From positions 146,260,001 to 146,324,000 of the forward strand of contig CM059431.1 of assembly GCA_030390025.1 (NCBI GenBank): a DNA stretch of 64,000 bases, written 5' to 3'. Both the position numbers and the translations under genes were made by a program. This document shows positions 15,001-27,194 of the stretch, in pieces. The number at the start of each line of letters is the position of its first letter. Positions within the stretch are counted from its first letter, which is position 1. The notes beneath the pieces are model-generated. The model was not told the origin of the DNA and did not search any database. It saw only the letters and a list, made by a program, of their open reading frames with translations. Origin of the DNA: Squalus acanthias (lineage: Eukaryota).

Positions 15001-18000
15001 TACACGCTGGTCCTGGTGATGTACAGGGGAGAAAGTTCAGAGAGAGTCCTATTGACACAGATGGACACTGGTCCTGGAGTTTGATTGGGGAGAAATGTCA
15101 GACAGAGTCCTATTGACTCAGATTGACAGTGGTCCCGGAGATGGACTGGGGAGAAAGGTCAGAGAGAGTCCCATTGACTCAGATACACACTGGTCATGAA
15201 GATGGACCGGGGAGAAAGTTCAGAGAGAACCCAATTTACTCAGATACACACTGGTCCTGGAGATTGACTGGGGAGAGATGTCAGAGAGTGCCTCGTTGAC
15301 TGAGATAGACAATGGTCCTGGATATGGGCCGGGAAGACATATCAGAGAGAATCCCATTTACTCAGATCCACGCTGGTCCCGGAGATGGACAGCGGAGAAA
15401 TGTCAGTGGGAGTCTCATTGACTCAGATACATACTGGTCCTGGAGATGGACTTGGGAGAAATGTCAGAGAGAGTCGCATTGACTCAGATGTACACTGGTC
15501 CTGGACATGTACTGGGTAGAAAGGTCAGAGAGTGTCCTATTGAGTCAGATTCACACGGGTCCTGGAGATGGACTTGGGAGAAATGTCAGAGAGAGTCCCA
15601 TTGACACAGATACACACTGGTCTTGGAGATGGACTGTGGAGAAAGGTCAGAGAGAGTCCCATTGACACAGATGGACACTGGTCCTGAGATGGACTGGGGA
15701 GAAAGGTCACAGAGAGTCCCATTGACACAGATACACACTGGTCCTGGAGATGGACTGTGGAGAAAGGTCAGAGAGTGTCCTATTGACTCAGATACACACT
15801 GGTCCTGGAGATGGACTTGGGAGAAAGGTCAGAGAGAGTCCCATTGACTCAGATGCACACTGGTCCTGGAGATGGACTGGGGAGAAAGGTCAGAGAGAGT
15901 CCCTTTGACACAGACGGGCACTGGTCCTGGAGATGGACTGGGGAGAAAGGTCAGAGAGAGTCCCATTGACACAGATACACACTGGTCCTGGAGATGGACT
16001 GGGGAGCAAGGTCAGAGAGAGTCTATTTGACTCAGATACACAGTGCTCCAGGAAATGGACTCGGGTGAACTTTCTGAGAGTGTCCCATTAACTCAGATAC
16101 ACACTGTTCCTGGAGATGGACCGGGGCGAAATGTCAGAGAGATACCCATTGACTCAGATACACACTGGTCCTGGAGATGGACGTGGGACAATGTTCAGAG
16201 AGATTCCCATTGACTCAGATACACGCTGGTACTGGAGATGTACAGGGGAGAATTGTCAGAGAGAGCCCCTTTGACTCACATACACACTGATCCTGGAGAT
16301 GGACCGGGGAGAAATGTCAGAGAGAGTCCCATTGACTCAGAAACACACTCGTCCTGGAGATGGACTGGGCAGAAAGGTCAGAGAGTGTCCCATTGACACA
16401 GATACACACTGTTCCTGGAGATGGACCGGGGCGAAAGGTCAGAGAGATACCCATTGACTCAGATACACACTGGTCCTGGAGATGGACGTGGGACAATGTT
16501 CAGAGAGATTTTCATTGACTCAGATACACGCTGGTTCTGGAGATGTACAGGGGAGAAAGTTCAGAGAGAATCCTATTGACACAGATGGACACTGGTCCTG
16601 GAGTTTGATTGGGGAGAAATGTCAGACAGAGTCCTATTGACTCAGATTCACAGTGGTCCCGGAGATGGACCGGGGAGAAATGTCAGAGTGAGCCCCATTG
16701 ACTCAGATACACACTGATCCTGGAGATGGACCGGGGAGAAATGTCAGAGAGAGTCCCATTGACTCAGATACACACTGGTCCTGGAGATGGACTGGGGAGA
16801 ATGTTCAGAGAGAGTCCCATTGACACAGTTACACACTGGTCCTGGAGATGGACTGGGGAGAAAGGTAAGAGAGAGTCCCATTGACACAGATGGACACTAG
16901 TCCTGGAGATGGACTGCGGAGAATGGTCAGAGAGAGTCCCATTGACACTGATACACACTGGTCCTGGAGATGGACTTGGGAGAAAGTTCAGAGAGAGTCC
17001 CATTGACACAGATGGACACTGGTCCTGGAGATGGACTGGGGAGAAAGGTCAGAGAGAGTCCCATTGACACAGATACACACTGGTCCTGGAGATGGACTTG
17101 GGAGAAAGGTCAGAGAGAGTCTATTTGACGCAGATGCACACTGCTCCAGGAAATGGACTCGGGTGAAAGTTCAGAGAGTGTCCCATTAACTCAGATACAC
17201 ACTGTTCCTGGAGATGGACCGGGCCGAAAGGTCAGAGAGATACCCATTGACTCAGATACACACTGGTCCTGGAGATGGACGTGGGACAATGTTCAGAGAG
17301 ATTTCCATTGACTCAGATAAAAGCTGGTCCTGGAGATGTACAGGGGAGAAAGTTCAGAGAGAGTCCTATTGACACAGATGGACACTGGTCCTGGAGTTTG
17401 ATTGGGGAGAAATGTCAGACAGAGTCCTATTGACTCAGATTCACAGTGGTCGCAGAGATGGACTGTGGAGAAAGGTCAGAGAGAGTACCATTGACTCAGA
17501 TACACTCTGGTCATGAAGATGGACCGGGGAGAAAGTTCAGAGAGAACCCAATTTACTCAGATACACACTGGTCCTGGAGATTGACTGGGGAGAAATGTCA
17601 GAGAGTGGCTCGTTGACTGAGATAGACAATGGTCCTGGAGATGGGCCGGGGAGACATATCAGAGAGAATCCCATTTACTCAGATCCACGCTGGTCCCGGA
17701 GATGGACAGCGGATAAATGGCAGTGGGAGTCTCATTGACTCAGATACATACTGGTCCTGGAGATGGACTTGGGAGAAATGTCAGAGAGAGTCGCATTGAC
17801 TCAGATGTACACTGGTCCTGGACATGTACTGGGTAGAAAGGTCAGAGAGTGTCCTATTGAGTCAGATTCACACGGGTCCTGGAGATGGACTTGGGAGAAA
17901 GGTCAGAGAGAGTCCCATTGACACAGATACACACTGGTCCTGGAGATGGACTGTGGAGAAAGGTCAGAGAGAGTCCCATTGACACAGATGGACACTGGTC

Positions 18001-21000
18001 CTGAGATGGACTGGGGAGAAAGGTCAGAGAGTGTCCTATTGACTCAGATACACACTGGTCCTGGAGATGGACTTGGGAGAAAGGTCAGAGAGAGTCCCAT
18101 TGACTCAGATGCACACTTGTCCTGGAGATGGACTGGGGAGAAACGTCAGAGAGAGTCCCTTTGACACAGACGGACACTGGTCCTGGAGATGGACTGGGGA
18201 GAAAGGTCAGAGAGAGTCCCATTGACACAGATACACACTGGTCCTGGAGATGGACTGGGGAGCAAGGTCAGAGAGAGTCTATTTGACTCAGATACACATT
18301 GCTCCAGGAAATGGACTCGGGTGAAATTTCTGAGAGTGTCCCATTAACTCAGATACACACTGGTCCTGGAGATGGACTTGGGAGAAAGGTCAGAGAGAGA
18401 CCATTGACACAGATACACACTGGTCCTGGAGATGGACTGGGGAGAAAGGTCAGAGAGAGTCCCATGGACAAAGATGGACACTGGTCCTGGAGATGGACTG
18501 GGTGAGAAACGTCAGAGAGAGTCCCATTGACACTGATACACACTGGTCCTGGAGATGGACTGTGGAGAAAGGTCAGAGAGAGTCCCATTCAGACAGATAC
18601 ACACTGGTCCTGGAGATGGACTGGGGAGAAAGGTCAGAGAGAGTTTATTTGACTCAGATACACACTGGTCCTGGAGATGGACTGTGCAGAAAGGTCAGAG
18701 GGATTCCCTTTGGCTCAGCTACACACTTCTCCTGGAGATGGACAGGGAAGAAAGGTCAGAGGGAGTCCCATTGACTCAGATACACAGTGGTTCTGGAGAT
18801 GGACTGGGGAGAAAGGTCAGAGAGTGTCCCATTGACTCAGATACACACTGGTCCTGGAGATGGACTGGGGAGAAAGGTCAGTGTGTGTCCTATTGACTCA
18901 GATACACACTGGTCCTGGAGATGGACTTGGGAGAAAGGTCAGAGAGAGTCCCATTGACTCAGATACACACTGGTCCTGGAGATGGACTGGGGAGCAATGT
19001 CAGAGAGAGTCCCATTGACACAGATGGGCACTGGTCCTGGAGATGGACTGGGGAGAAAGGTCAGAGAGAGTCCCATTCACACAGATACACACTGGTCCTG
19101 GAGATGGACTGGGGAGAAAGGTCAGAGAGAGTTTATTTGACTCAGATACACACTGCTCCATGAAATGGACTCGGGTGAAAGTTCAGAGAGTGTCCCATTA
19201 ACTCAGATACACACTGTTCCTTGAGATGGACCGGGGCGAAAGGTCAGAGAGATACCCATTGACTCAGATACACACTAGTCCTGGAGATGGACGTGGGAAA
19301 ATGTTCAGAGAGATTCCCATTGACTCAGATACACGCTGGTCCTGGAGATGTACAGGGGAGAAAGTTCAGAGAGAGTCCTATTGACACAGATGGACACTGG
19401 TCCTGGAGTTTGATTGGGGAGCAATGACAGACAGAGTCCTAATGACTCAGATTCACAGTGGTCATGGAGATGGACTGGGGAGAAATGTCAGAGAGAGTCC
19501 CATTGACACAGATACACACTGGTCCTGGAGATGGACTGGGGAGAAAGGTCAGAGGGATTCCCGTTGGCTCAGCTACACACTTCTCCTGGAGATGGACGGC
19601 GAAGAAATGTCAGAGAGAGTCCCAATGACTCAGATACACACTGGTTCTGGAGATGGACTGAGGAGAAAGGTCAGAGAGTGTCCCATTGACTCAGATACAC
19701 ACTGGTCCTGGAGATGGACTTGGGAGAATGGTCAGAGAGAGACCATTGACACAGATACACAGTGGTCCTGGAGATGCACTGGTGAGAAAGGTCAGAGGGA
19801 TTCCCGTTGGCTCAGTTTCACACTTCTCCTGGAGATGGACGGGGAAGAAAGGTCAGAGAGAGTCCCATTGACTCAGATACACACTGGTTCTGGAGATGGA
19901 CTGAGGAGAAAAGTCAGAGAGTGTCCCATTGACTCAGATACACACTGGTCCTGGAGATGGACTGGGGAGAAAGGTCAGAGAGAGTCCCATTGACACAGAT
20001 GGACACTGGTCCTGGAGATGGACTGGGGAGAAACGTCTGAGAGAGTCCCATTGACTCTGATACACACTGGTCCTGGAGATGGACTGTGGAGAAAGGTCAG
20101 AGAGAGTCCCATTGACACAGATGGACACTGGTCCTGGAGATGGACTTGGGAGAAAGGTCAGAGAGTCTCCCATTGACTCAGCTACACACTGGTCCTGGAG
20201 ATGGACTGAGGAGAAAGGTCAGAGAGTGTCCCATTGACTCAGATACACACTGGTCCTGGAGATGGACTTGGGAGAATGGTCAGAGAGAGACCATTGACAC
20301 AGATACACACTGGTCCTGGAGATGGACTGGGGAGAAAGGTCAGAGAGAGTCCCATTGACACAGATGGACACTGGTCCTGGAGATGGACTGGGGAGAAACG
20401 TCTGAGAGAGTCCCATTGACTCTGATACACACTGGTCCTGGAGATGGACTGTGGAGAAAGGTCAGAGAGAGTCCCATTGACACAGATGGACACTGGTCCT
20501 GGAGATGGACTGGGGAGAAAGGTCTGAGAGAGTCCCATTGACACAGATACACACTGGTCCTGGAGATGGACTGTGCAGAAAGGTCAGAGGGATTCCCTTT
20601 GGCTCAGCTACACACTTCTCCTGGAGATGGACAGGGAAGAAAGGTCAGAGAGAGTCCCATTGACTCAGATACACAGTGGTTCTGGAGATGGACTGGGGAG
20701 AAAGGTCAGAGAGTGTTCCATTGACTCAGATACACACTGGTCCTGGAGATGGACTGGGGAGAAAGGTCAGAGAGTGTCCTATTGACTCAGATACACGCTG
20801 GTCCTGGAGATGGACTGGGGAGAAAGGTCAGAGAGAGTCCCATTGACTCAGATACACACTGGTCCTGGAGATGGACTGGGGAGAAAGGTCAGAGAGAGTC
20901 CCATTGACACAGATGGGCACTGGTCCTGGAGATGGACTTGGGAGAAAGGTCAGAGAGAGTGCCATTCACACAGATACACACTGGTCCTGGAGATGGACTT

Positions 21001-24000
21001 GGGAGAAAGGTCAGAGAGAGTCTATTTGACACAGATACACACTGCTCCAGGAAATGGACTTGGGTGAAAGTTCAGAGAGTGTCCCATTAACTCAGATACA
21101 CACTGTTCCTTGAGATGGACCGGATCGAAAGGTCAGAGAGATACCCATTGACTCAGATACACAATAGTCCTGGGGATGGACGTGGGAAAATGTTCAGAGA
21201 GATTACCATTGACTCAGATACACGCTGGTCCTGGAGATGTACAGGGGAGAAATTTCAGAGAGAGTCCTATTGACACAGATGGACACAGATCCTGGAGTTT
21301 GATTGGGGAGAAATGTCAGACAGAGTCCTATTGACTCAGATTCACAATGGTCCCGGAGATGGACTGGGGAGAATTGTCAGAGAGAGCCCCATTGACTCAG
21401 ATACACACTGATCCTGGAGATGGACCGGGGAGAAATGTCAGAGAGAGTCCCATTGACTCAGATACACACTGGTCCTGGAGATGGACAGGGGCGAAAGGTC
21501 AGTGGGATTCCCTTTGGCTCAGCTACACACTTCTCCTGGAGATGGACGGGGAAGAAAGGACAGAGAGAGTCCCATTGACTCAGATACACACTGGTTCTGG
21601 AGATGGACTGGGGAGAAAGGTCATAGAGTGTCCCATTGACTCAGATACACACTGGTCCTGGAGATGGACTGGGGAGAATGGTCAGAGAGTGTCCTATTGA
21701 CTCAGATACACACTGGTCCTGGAGATGGACTTGGGAGAAAGGTCAGAGAGTCTCCCATTGACTCAGCTACACACTGGTCCTGGAGATGGACTGGGGAGAA
21801 ATGTCAGAGAGAGTCCCATTGGCACAGATACACACTGGTCCTGGAGATGGACTGGGGAGAAAGGTCAGAGAGAGTCCCATTGACTCAGATGCACACTGGT
21901 CATGGAGATGGCCGGGGAGAAATTTCAGAGAGAGCCCCATTTACTCAGATACACACTGGTCCTGGAGATGGACTGGGGAGAAATGTCAGAGAGTGCCTCG
22001 TTGACTGAGATAGACAATGGCCCTGGAGATGGGCCGGGGAGACATGTCAGAGAGAATCCCATTTACTCAGATCCACGCTGGTCCCGGAGATGGACAGCGG
22101 AGAAATGTCATTGGGAGTCTCATTGACTCAGATACATACTGGTCCTGGAGATGGACTTGGAAGAAATGTCAGAGAGAGTCGCATTGACTCAGATGTACAC
22201 TGGTCCTGGAGATGTACTGGGTAGAAAGGTCAGAGAGTGTCCTATTGACTCAGATATACACTGGTCCTGGAGATGGACTTGGGAGAAAGGTCAGAGAGAG
22301 TCCCATTGACACATATACATACTGGTCATGGAGATGGACTGTGGAGAAAGTTCAGAGAGAGTCCCATTGACACAGATGGACACTGGTCCTGGAGATGGAC
22401 TGGGGAGAAAGGTCAGAGAGAGTCCCATTGACACAGATACACAATGATCCTGGAGATGGACTGTGGAGAAAGGTCAGAGAGAGTCCCATTGACACAGATG
22501 GACACTGGTCCTGGAGATGGACTGGGGAGAAAGGTCAGAGAGAGTCCCATTGACACAGATACACGCTGGTCCTGGAGATGGACTGTGGAGAAAGGTCAGA
22601 GGGATTCCCTTTGACACAGCTACACACTTCTCCTGGAGATGGACAGGGAAGAAAGGTCAGAGAGAGTCCCATTTACTCAGATACACACTGGTTCTGGAGA
22701 TGGACTGGGGAGAAAGGTCAGAGAGTGTCCCATTGACTCAGATACACACTGGTCCTGGAGATGGACTGTGGAGAAAGGTCAGAGAGTGTCCCATTAACTC
22801 AGATACACACTGTTCCTGGAGGTGGACCGGGGCGAAAGGTCAGAGAGATTGCCATTGACTCAGATACACAATGATCCTGGAGATGGACGTGGGACAATGT
22901 TCAGAGAGATTCCCATTGACTGAGATACACACTGGTCCTGGAGATGGACTGGGGAGAAAGGTCAAAGAGAGTCCCATTGACTCAGATACACACTGGTCCT
23001 GGAGATGGACAGGGGAGAAAGGTCAAAGAGAGTCCCATTGACTCAGATACACACTGGTCCTGGAGATGGACTGGGGAGAAAGGTCAGAGAGAGTCCCATT
23101 GACACAGATGGACACTGGTCCTGGAGATGGACTGGGGAGAAAGGTCAGAGAGAGTCCCATTGACACAGATACACACTGGTCCTGGAGATGTTCTGGGGAG
23201 AAAGGTCAGAGAGAGTCTATTTGACTCAGATACACACTGCTCCAGGAAATGGACTCGGGTGAAAGTTCAGAGAGTGTCCCATTAACTCAGATACACACTG
23301 TTCCTGGAGATGGACCGGGGCGAAAGGTCAGAGAGATACCCATTGACTCAGATACACACTGGTCCTGGAGATGGACGTGGGACAATGTTCAGAGAGATTC
23401 CCATTGACTCAGATACACGCTGGTCCTGGAGATGTACAGGGGAGAAAGTTCAGAGAGAGTCCTATTGACACAGATGGACACTGGTCCTGGAATTTGATTG
23501 GGGAGAAATGTCAGACAGAGTCCTATTGACTCAGATTCACAGTGCTCCCGGAGATGGACTGGGGAGAAATGTCAGAGAGAGCCCCCTTGACTAAGATACC
23601 CACTCGTCCTGGAGATGGACTGGAGACAAAAGTCAGAGAGTGTCCCATTGACTCAGATACACACTGGTCCTGGAGATGGACTGGGGAGAAAGGTCAGAGA
23701 GTATCCTATTGACTCAGATACACACTGGTCCTGGAGATGGACTTGGGAGAAATTTCAGAGAGAGTCCCATTGACACAGATACACACTGGTCCTGGAGATG
23801 GACTGGGCAGAAAGGTCAGAGAGTGTCCTATTGACTCAGATACTCACTGGTCCTGGAGATGCACTTGGGAGAAAGGTCAGAGAGAGTCCCATTGACTCAG
23901 ATACACACTGGTCCTGGAGATGGACTGGGCAGAAAGGTCAGAGAGAGTCCCATTGACACAGATTGAAACTGGTCCTGGAGATGGACTGGGGAGAAAGGTC

Positions 24001-25078
24001 AGAGAGAGTCCCATTGACACAGATACACACTGGTCCTGGAGATGGACTGGGGAGAAAGGTCAGAGGGATTCCCTTTGGCTCAGCTACGCACTTCTCCTGG
24101 AGATGGACGGGGAAGAAAGGTCAGAGAGAGTCCCATTGACACAGATTCACACTGGTCCTGGAGATGGACTGGGGAGAAAGGTCAGAGAGAGTCCCATTGT
24201 CACAGATACACACTGGTCCTGGAGATGGACTGGGTAGAAAGGTCAGAGAGAGTCTATTTGACTCAGATACACACTGCTCCAGGAAATGGACTCGGGTGAA
24301 AGTTCAGAGAGTGTCCCATTAACTCAGATACGCACTGTTCCAGGAGATGGTCCGGGGCGACATGTCAGAGAGATACCCATTGACTCAGGTACACACTGGT
24401 CCTGGAGATGGACGTGGGACAATGTTCAGAGAGATTCCCATTGACTCAGATCCACGCTGGTCCTGGAGATGTACAGGGGAGAAAGTTCAGAGAGAGTCCT
24501 ATTGACACAGATGGACACTGGTCCTGGAGTTTGATTGGGGAGAAATGTCAGACAGAGTCCTATTGACTCAGATTCACAGTGGTCCCGGAGATGGACTGGG
24601 GAGAAAGGTCAGAGAGAGTCCCATTGACTCAGATACCCATTGGTCATGGAGATGGACCGGGGAGAAAGTTCAGAGAGAACCCCATTTACTCAGATACACA
24701 CTGGTCCTGCAGATGGACTGGGGATAAATGTCAGAGAGTGCTTCGTTGACTGAGATAGACAATGGTCCTGGAGATGGGCCGGGGAGACATGTCAGAGAGA
24801 ATCCCATTTACTCAGATCCACGCTGGTCCCGGAGATGGACAGCGGAGAAATGTCAGTGGGAGTCTCATTGACTCAGATACACACTGGTCCTGGAGATGGA
24901 CTTGGGAGGAATGTCAGAGAGAGTCGCATTGACTCAGATGTGCACTGGTCCTGGAGATGTACTGGGTAGAAAGGTCACAGAGAGTCCCATTGACTCAGAT
25001 ACACACTGGTCCTGGGGATGGACTCGGGCGAAAGGTAAGAGAAAGTGCCATTGACTGAGATACACTTTGGTCCTGTAG
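1..25078 (+). repeat. 61-bp tandem satellite array (about 410 monomers; continues beyond the left edge)
   Basis: Consensus TTGACTCAGATACACACTGGTCCTGGAGATGGACTGGGGAGAAAGGTCAGAGAGAGTCCCA recurs head-to-tail every 61 nt, with occasional 59-60 nt units. The last degenerate unit ends ...CTTTGGTCCTGTAG at 25078. Confidence 0.99.
3001..10390 (+). repeat. Recent ~3.65-3.71 kb tandem duplication inside the 61-bp array (about 3001-6653 and 6654-10390)
   Basis: Identical ORF-track peptides recur at offsets of 3652 (3752/7404, 4177/7829, 5091/8743) and 3713 (5659/9372, 6128/9841). The rare variant TTGAGTGAGATAC is at 6644 and 10357. Each copy contains a 914-bp internal repeat (4177/5091). Confidence 0.93.
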
Positions 25079-25099
25079 ACAGTACACAAAAGTTACAAG
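25079..25099 (+). other. Candidate 21-nt microexon
   Basis: CTTTGGTCCTGTAG|ACAGTACACAAAAGTTACAAG|GTAAGG: an acceptor-like AG, 21 nt with no stop in any frame, and a strong AAG|GTAAGG donor. Motif evidence only. Confidence 0.3.
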
Positions 25100-25203
25100 G
25101 TAAGGCAGGGAATGCGACTGGGAGAGTCAGACCACCGAGCACCGTAATGCAGCATGAGGCCGTGCAATTGAGTGTGAAATGAGATCAGTTTCTTTCTCAT
25201 ACA

Positions 25204-25511
25204 CACAGTCACAGAATCCCCACAATGCAGACAGAGGCCATTTCGGCCCATCGAGCCTGCACCGACACATATCCCGCCCTATCCCCGTAACCCCACGTAT
25301 TTAATCCCCCTAACACTAAGGGTCAATTTATCATAGCCAAATCAACCTAACCCGGACATCTTTGGACTGTGGGAGGAAACCGGAGCAGCCGGAGGAAACC
25401 CACGCATACACGGGGAGAATGCGCAAACTCCACACCAACAGTCATCCGAGGGCGGGATTCGAACCCGGTTCTCTGGCGCTGTGAGGCAACAGTGCTAACC
25501 ACTATGCCACC
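25204..25511 (-). mobile_element. tRNA-derived V-SINE (elasmobranch HE1-like)
   Basis: On the minus strand: A box TGGCATAGTGG (25499-25509), B box GGTTCGAATCC (25455-25465), central V-domain GTGGAGTTTGCGCATTCTCCCCGTG...GGGTTTCCTCCGGCTGCTCCGGTTTCCTCCCACAGTCCAAAGATG, and a CR1-type 3' tail GATGGGCCGAAATGGCCTC...GGATTCTGTG. Confidence 0.92.
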
Positions 25512-26139
25512 AGTGAGTCTTGCGTGTATTTTAGAGTAAAAGGATTTGATCTAAGAGGTGACTTCAGTCTGAGGCAGAACCCAGCAGATATTAACTGACT
25601 GTCCGCCCCCAGCACCAACTCGAAAATAACCGACCATAATTTTAATTTTATAATGCGAGTTAAGATAGGACCAGACATTCAAATATATGTCATACCCAAC
25701 TCTCAAAATTAATAATCTTAAAATGCTGAACTGGTCGCTGGGTTTTAGTAAAAGTTATTTCCTCTCAGCGAATCTATTGCTGGATTTAATAATTGCAGTT
25801 GAAGTCAAAGTTTCATTTCAACATAAACTGTTGACAAAATGACACGCAAATCTTATATTTTAATTAAGATTCATAAACTTACTTCCAATTGATTTTTTGT
25901 ATGTTGTGTCAGAATAAAGGTTCTCGTTGATCACCTAATCCATTTCCCTGCCTCGGGAGCTTTTTTTAAAACTGAGAGCGATGTTTGCCCCAACAGTTTC
26001 TAGATTAATTTCCCTGCTCGTTCAACACAAACACCTGATTGTTGTGAGACCTGCATTCAGCAGGAATTAAAAACACCGTTTCTCAGCCCATTAAACACTG
26101 ACTGGAGTTTCCAGAATTGTCCTTTTCTAAATTTTGCAG

Positions 26140-26712
26140 CTTATCAGATGTACAAAGGTGACTATCAGGTATTTCACCATCGAATTCGGTATTGTGTAAT
26201 TTAAATGACCAGTTTTAACAGTTACAGATTCAGATGATTTGAGACAAGCTGATTTTCAGATGAAACGGGGCCTATTTCTAACAATGACTATTTTATTCAT
26301 GTACTTGTGTCGGTGCAGCGTTACTTAATGTTCTGTACGGCGGGAACTGCCAGTGGATTCAGTAAACCCGCAGTGTCAGGTCTGGTGGTGTAAAAAATCC
26401 ATTATTGGAATCGCAGCTTCAAGGTTAGAAACACTGGCTGAATGTTCAGGGTTAATGTTCTTCACTAAACTCAGAACATGTGATGTTGGTTTGGTTATTT
26501 CCGTTTTCAGTTATTTTCAGTGAGTGATTTCCTCTGTTGCCAGGGTAACAAACTGTCAGATCTCAGTAGAAGAGGTCTTGGCTCCAATTTATATCCGAAA
26601 GACCGTGAAACATTCAGTGTAAACTACTGTCTCTGTATTTGGCAGTCCAGGAGTGGGAACATCTTCTGGGTACAAGGAATACGTTTTAATGCAATTGTCT
26701 ACACCAGTAAAG
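26140..26712 (+). repeat. Low-copy duplicated segment, copy 1 (paralog of 57780-58285 plus 58952-58970)
   Basis: Direct homology by hand alignment: 11 differences over about 104 nt in the core 26407-26510 vs 57998-58100, with visibly lower identity in the flanks. Boundaries are approximate. Confidence 0.9.
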
Positions 26713-27039
26713 TAAGATTATTTTATTATAAGCGGCACAAATACTGTTGGCCCAATTTAACTCCTGTCACTTTTACATTCTGTTACACATCAGACATCAT
26801 AGTTCCAGTGTAATCTCTCACTCACTACTAATGGCAGAGGACCTGCTCGTTATATTTTTTTAAAAAACACCTTCTTCAAATTAAAACTGATTAGACAGAG
26901 CATTTATAAAAATGTTTGTTAATGTTGGTTCCAGATAATTAACACATGAAAGCAGTATCGGATAGTACAAGACCACAGACTGGTAGGAACAAAAAGAGCC
27001 CATGCAGCCACTCGATCCTGTTCCTCCAACAACTGGCAG

Positions 27040-27194
27040 AGTGGCCGTGCCCTCCCGCGCAGGCGCAGTGCCGCTCCCTTGCTCTCTCACGCAAGCGCAG
27101 TGCCGTTCCCTTGCTCATCCGGGGATGTGCAGTGGGCGGGGTTTGCTGTGTGCCGGGCCGGGATGCGCGGGCCGGTGTGTGAGTGACGGTAAGA
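27040..27194 (+). promoter_or_regulatory. CpG-rich promoter-like element with a probable short non-coding first exon
   Basis: Local CpG/GC enrichment against AT-rich sequence on its left. NRF1-like GCGCAGGCGCA (27057-27067) and a duplicate ACGCAAGCGCA, GC box GGGCGGGG (27134-27141), and donors GTGAGT (27179) and ACG|GTAAGA (27189). Confidence 0.6.

Noticed and set aside
151..24727. Dozens of ORFs with repeated peptides (MDWGERSERVPLTQIHTGPGDGLG...)
   Set aside because: These are translations of a 61-bp unit that is not a multiple of 3. The frame rotates and hits the TGA in ATTGAC about every 183 nt, and the indels do not preserve frame.
25440..25511. tRNA gene
   Set aside because: The A and B boxes belong to the SINE head, which runs directly into the V-domain, and no complete cloverleaf is evident.
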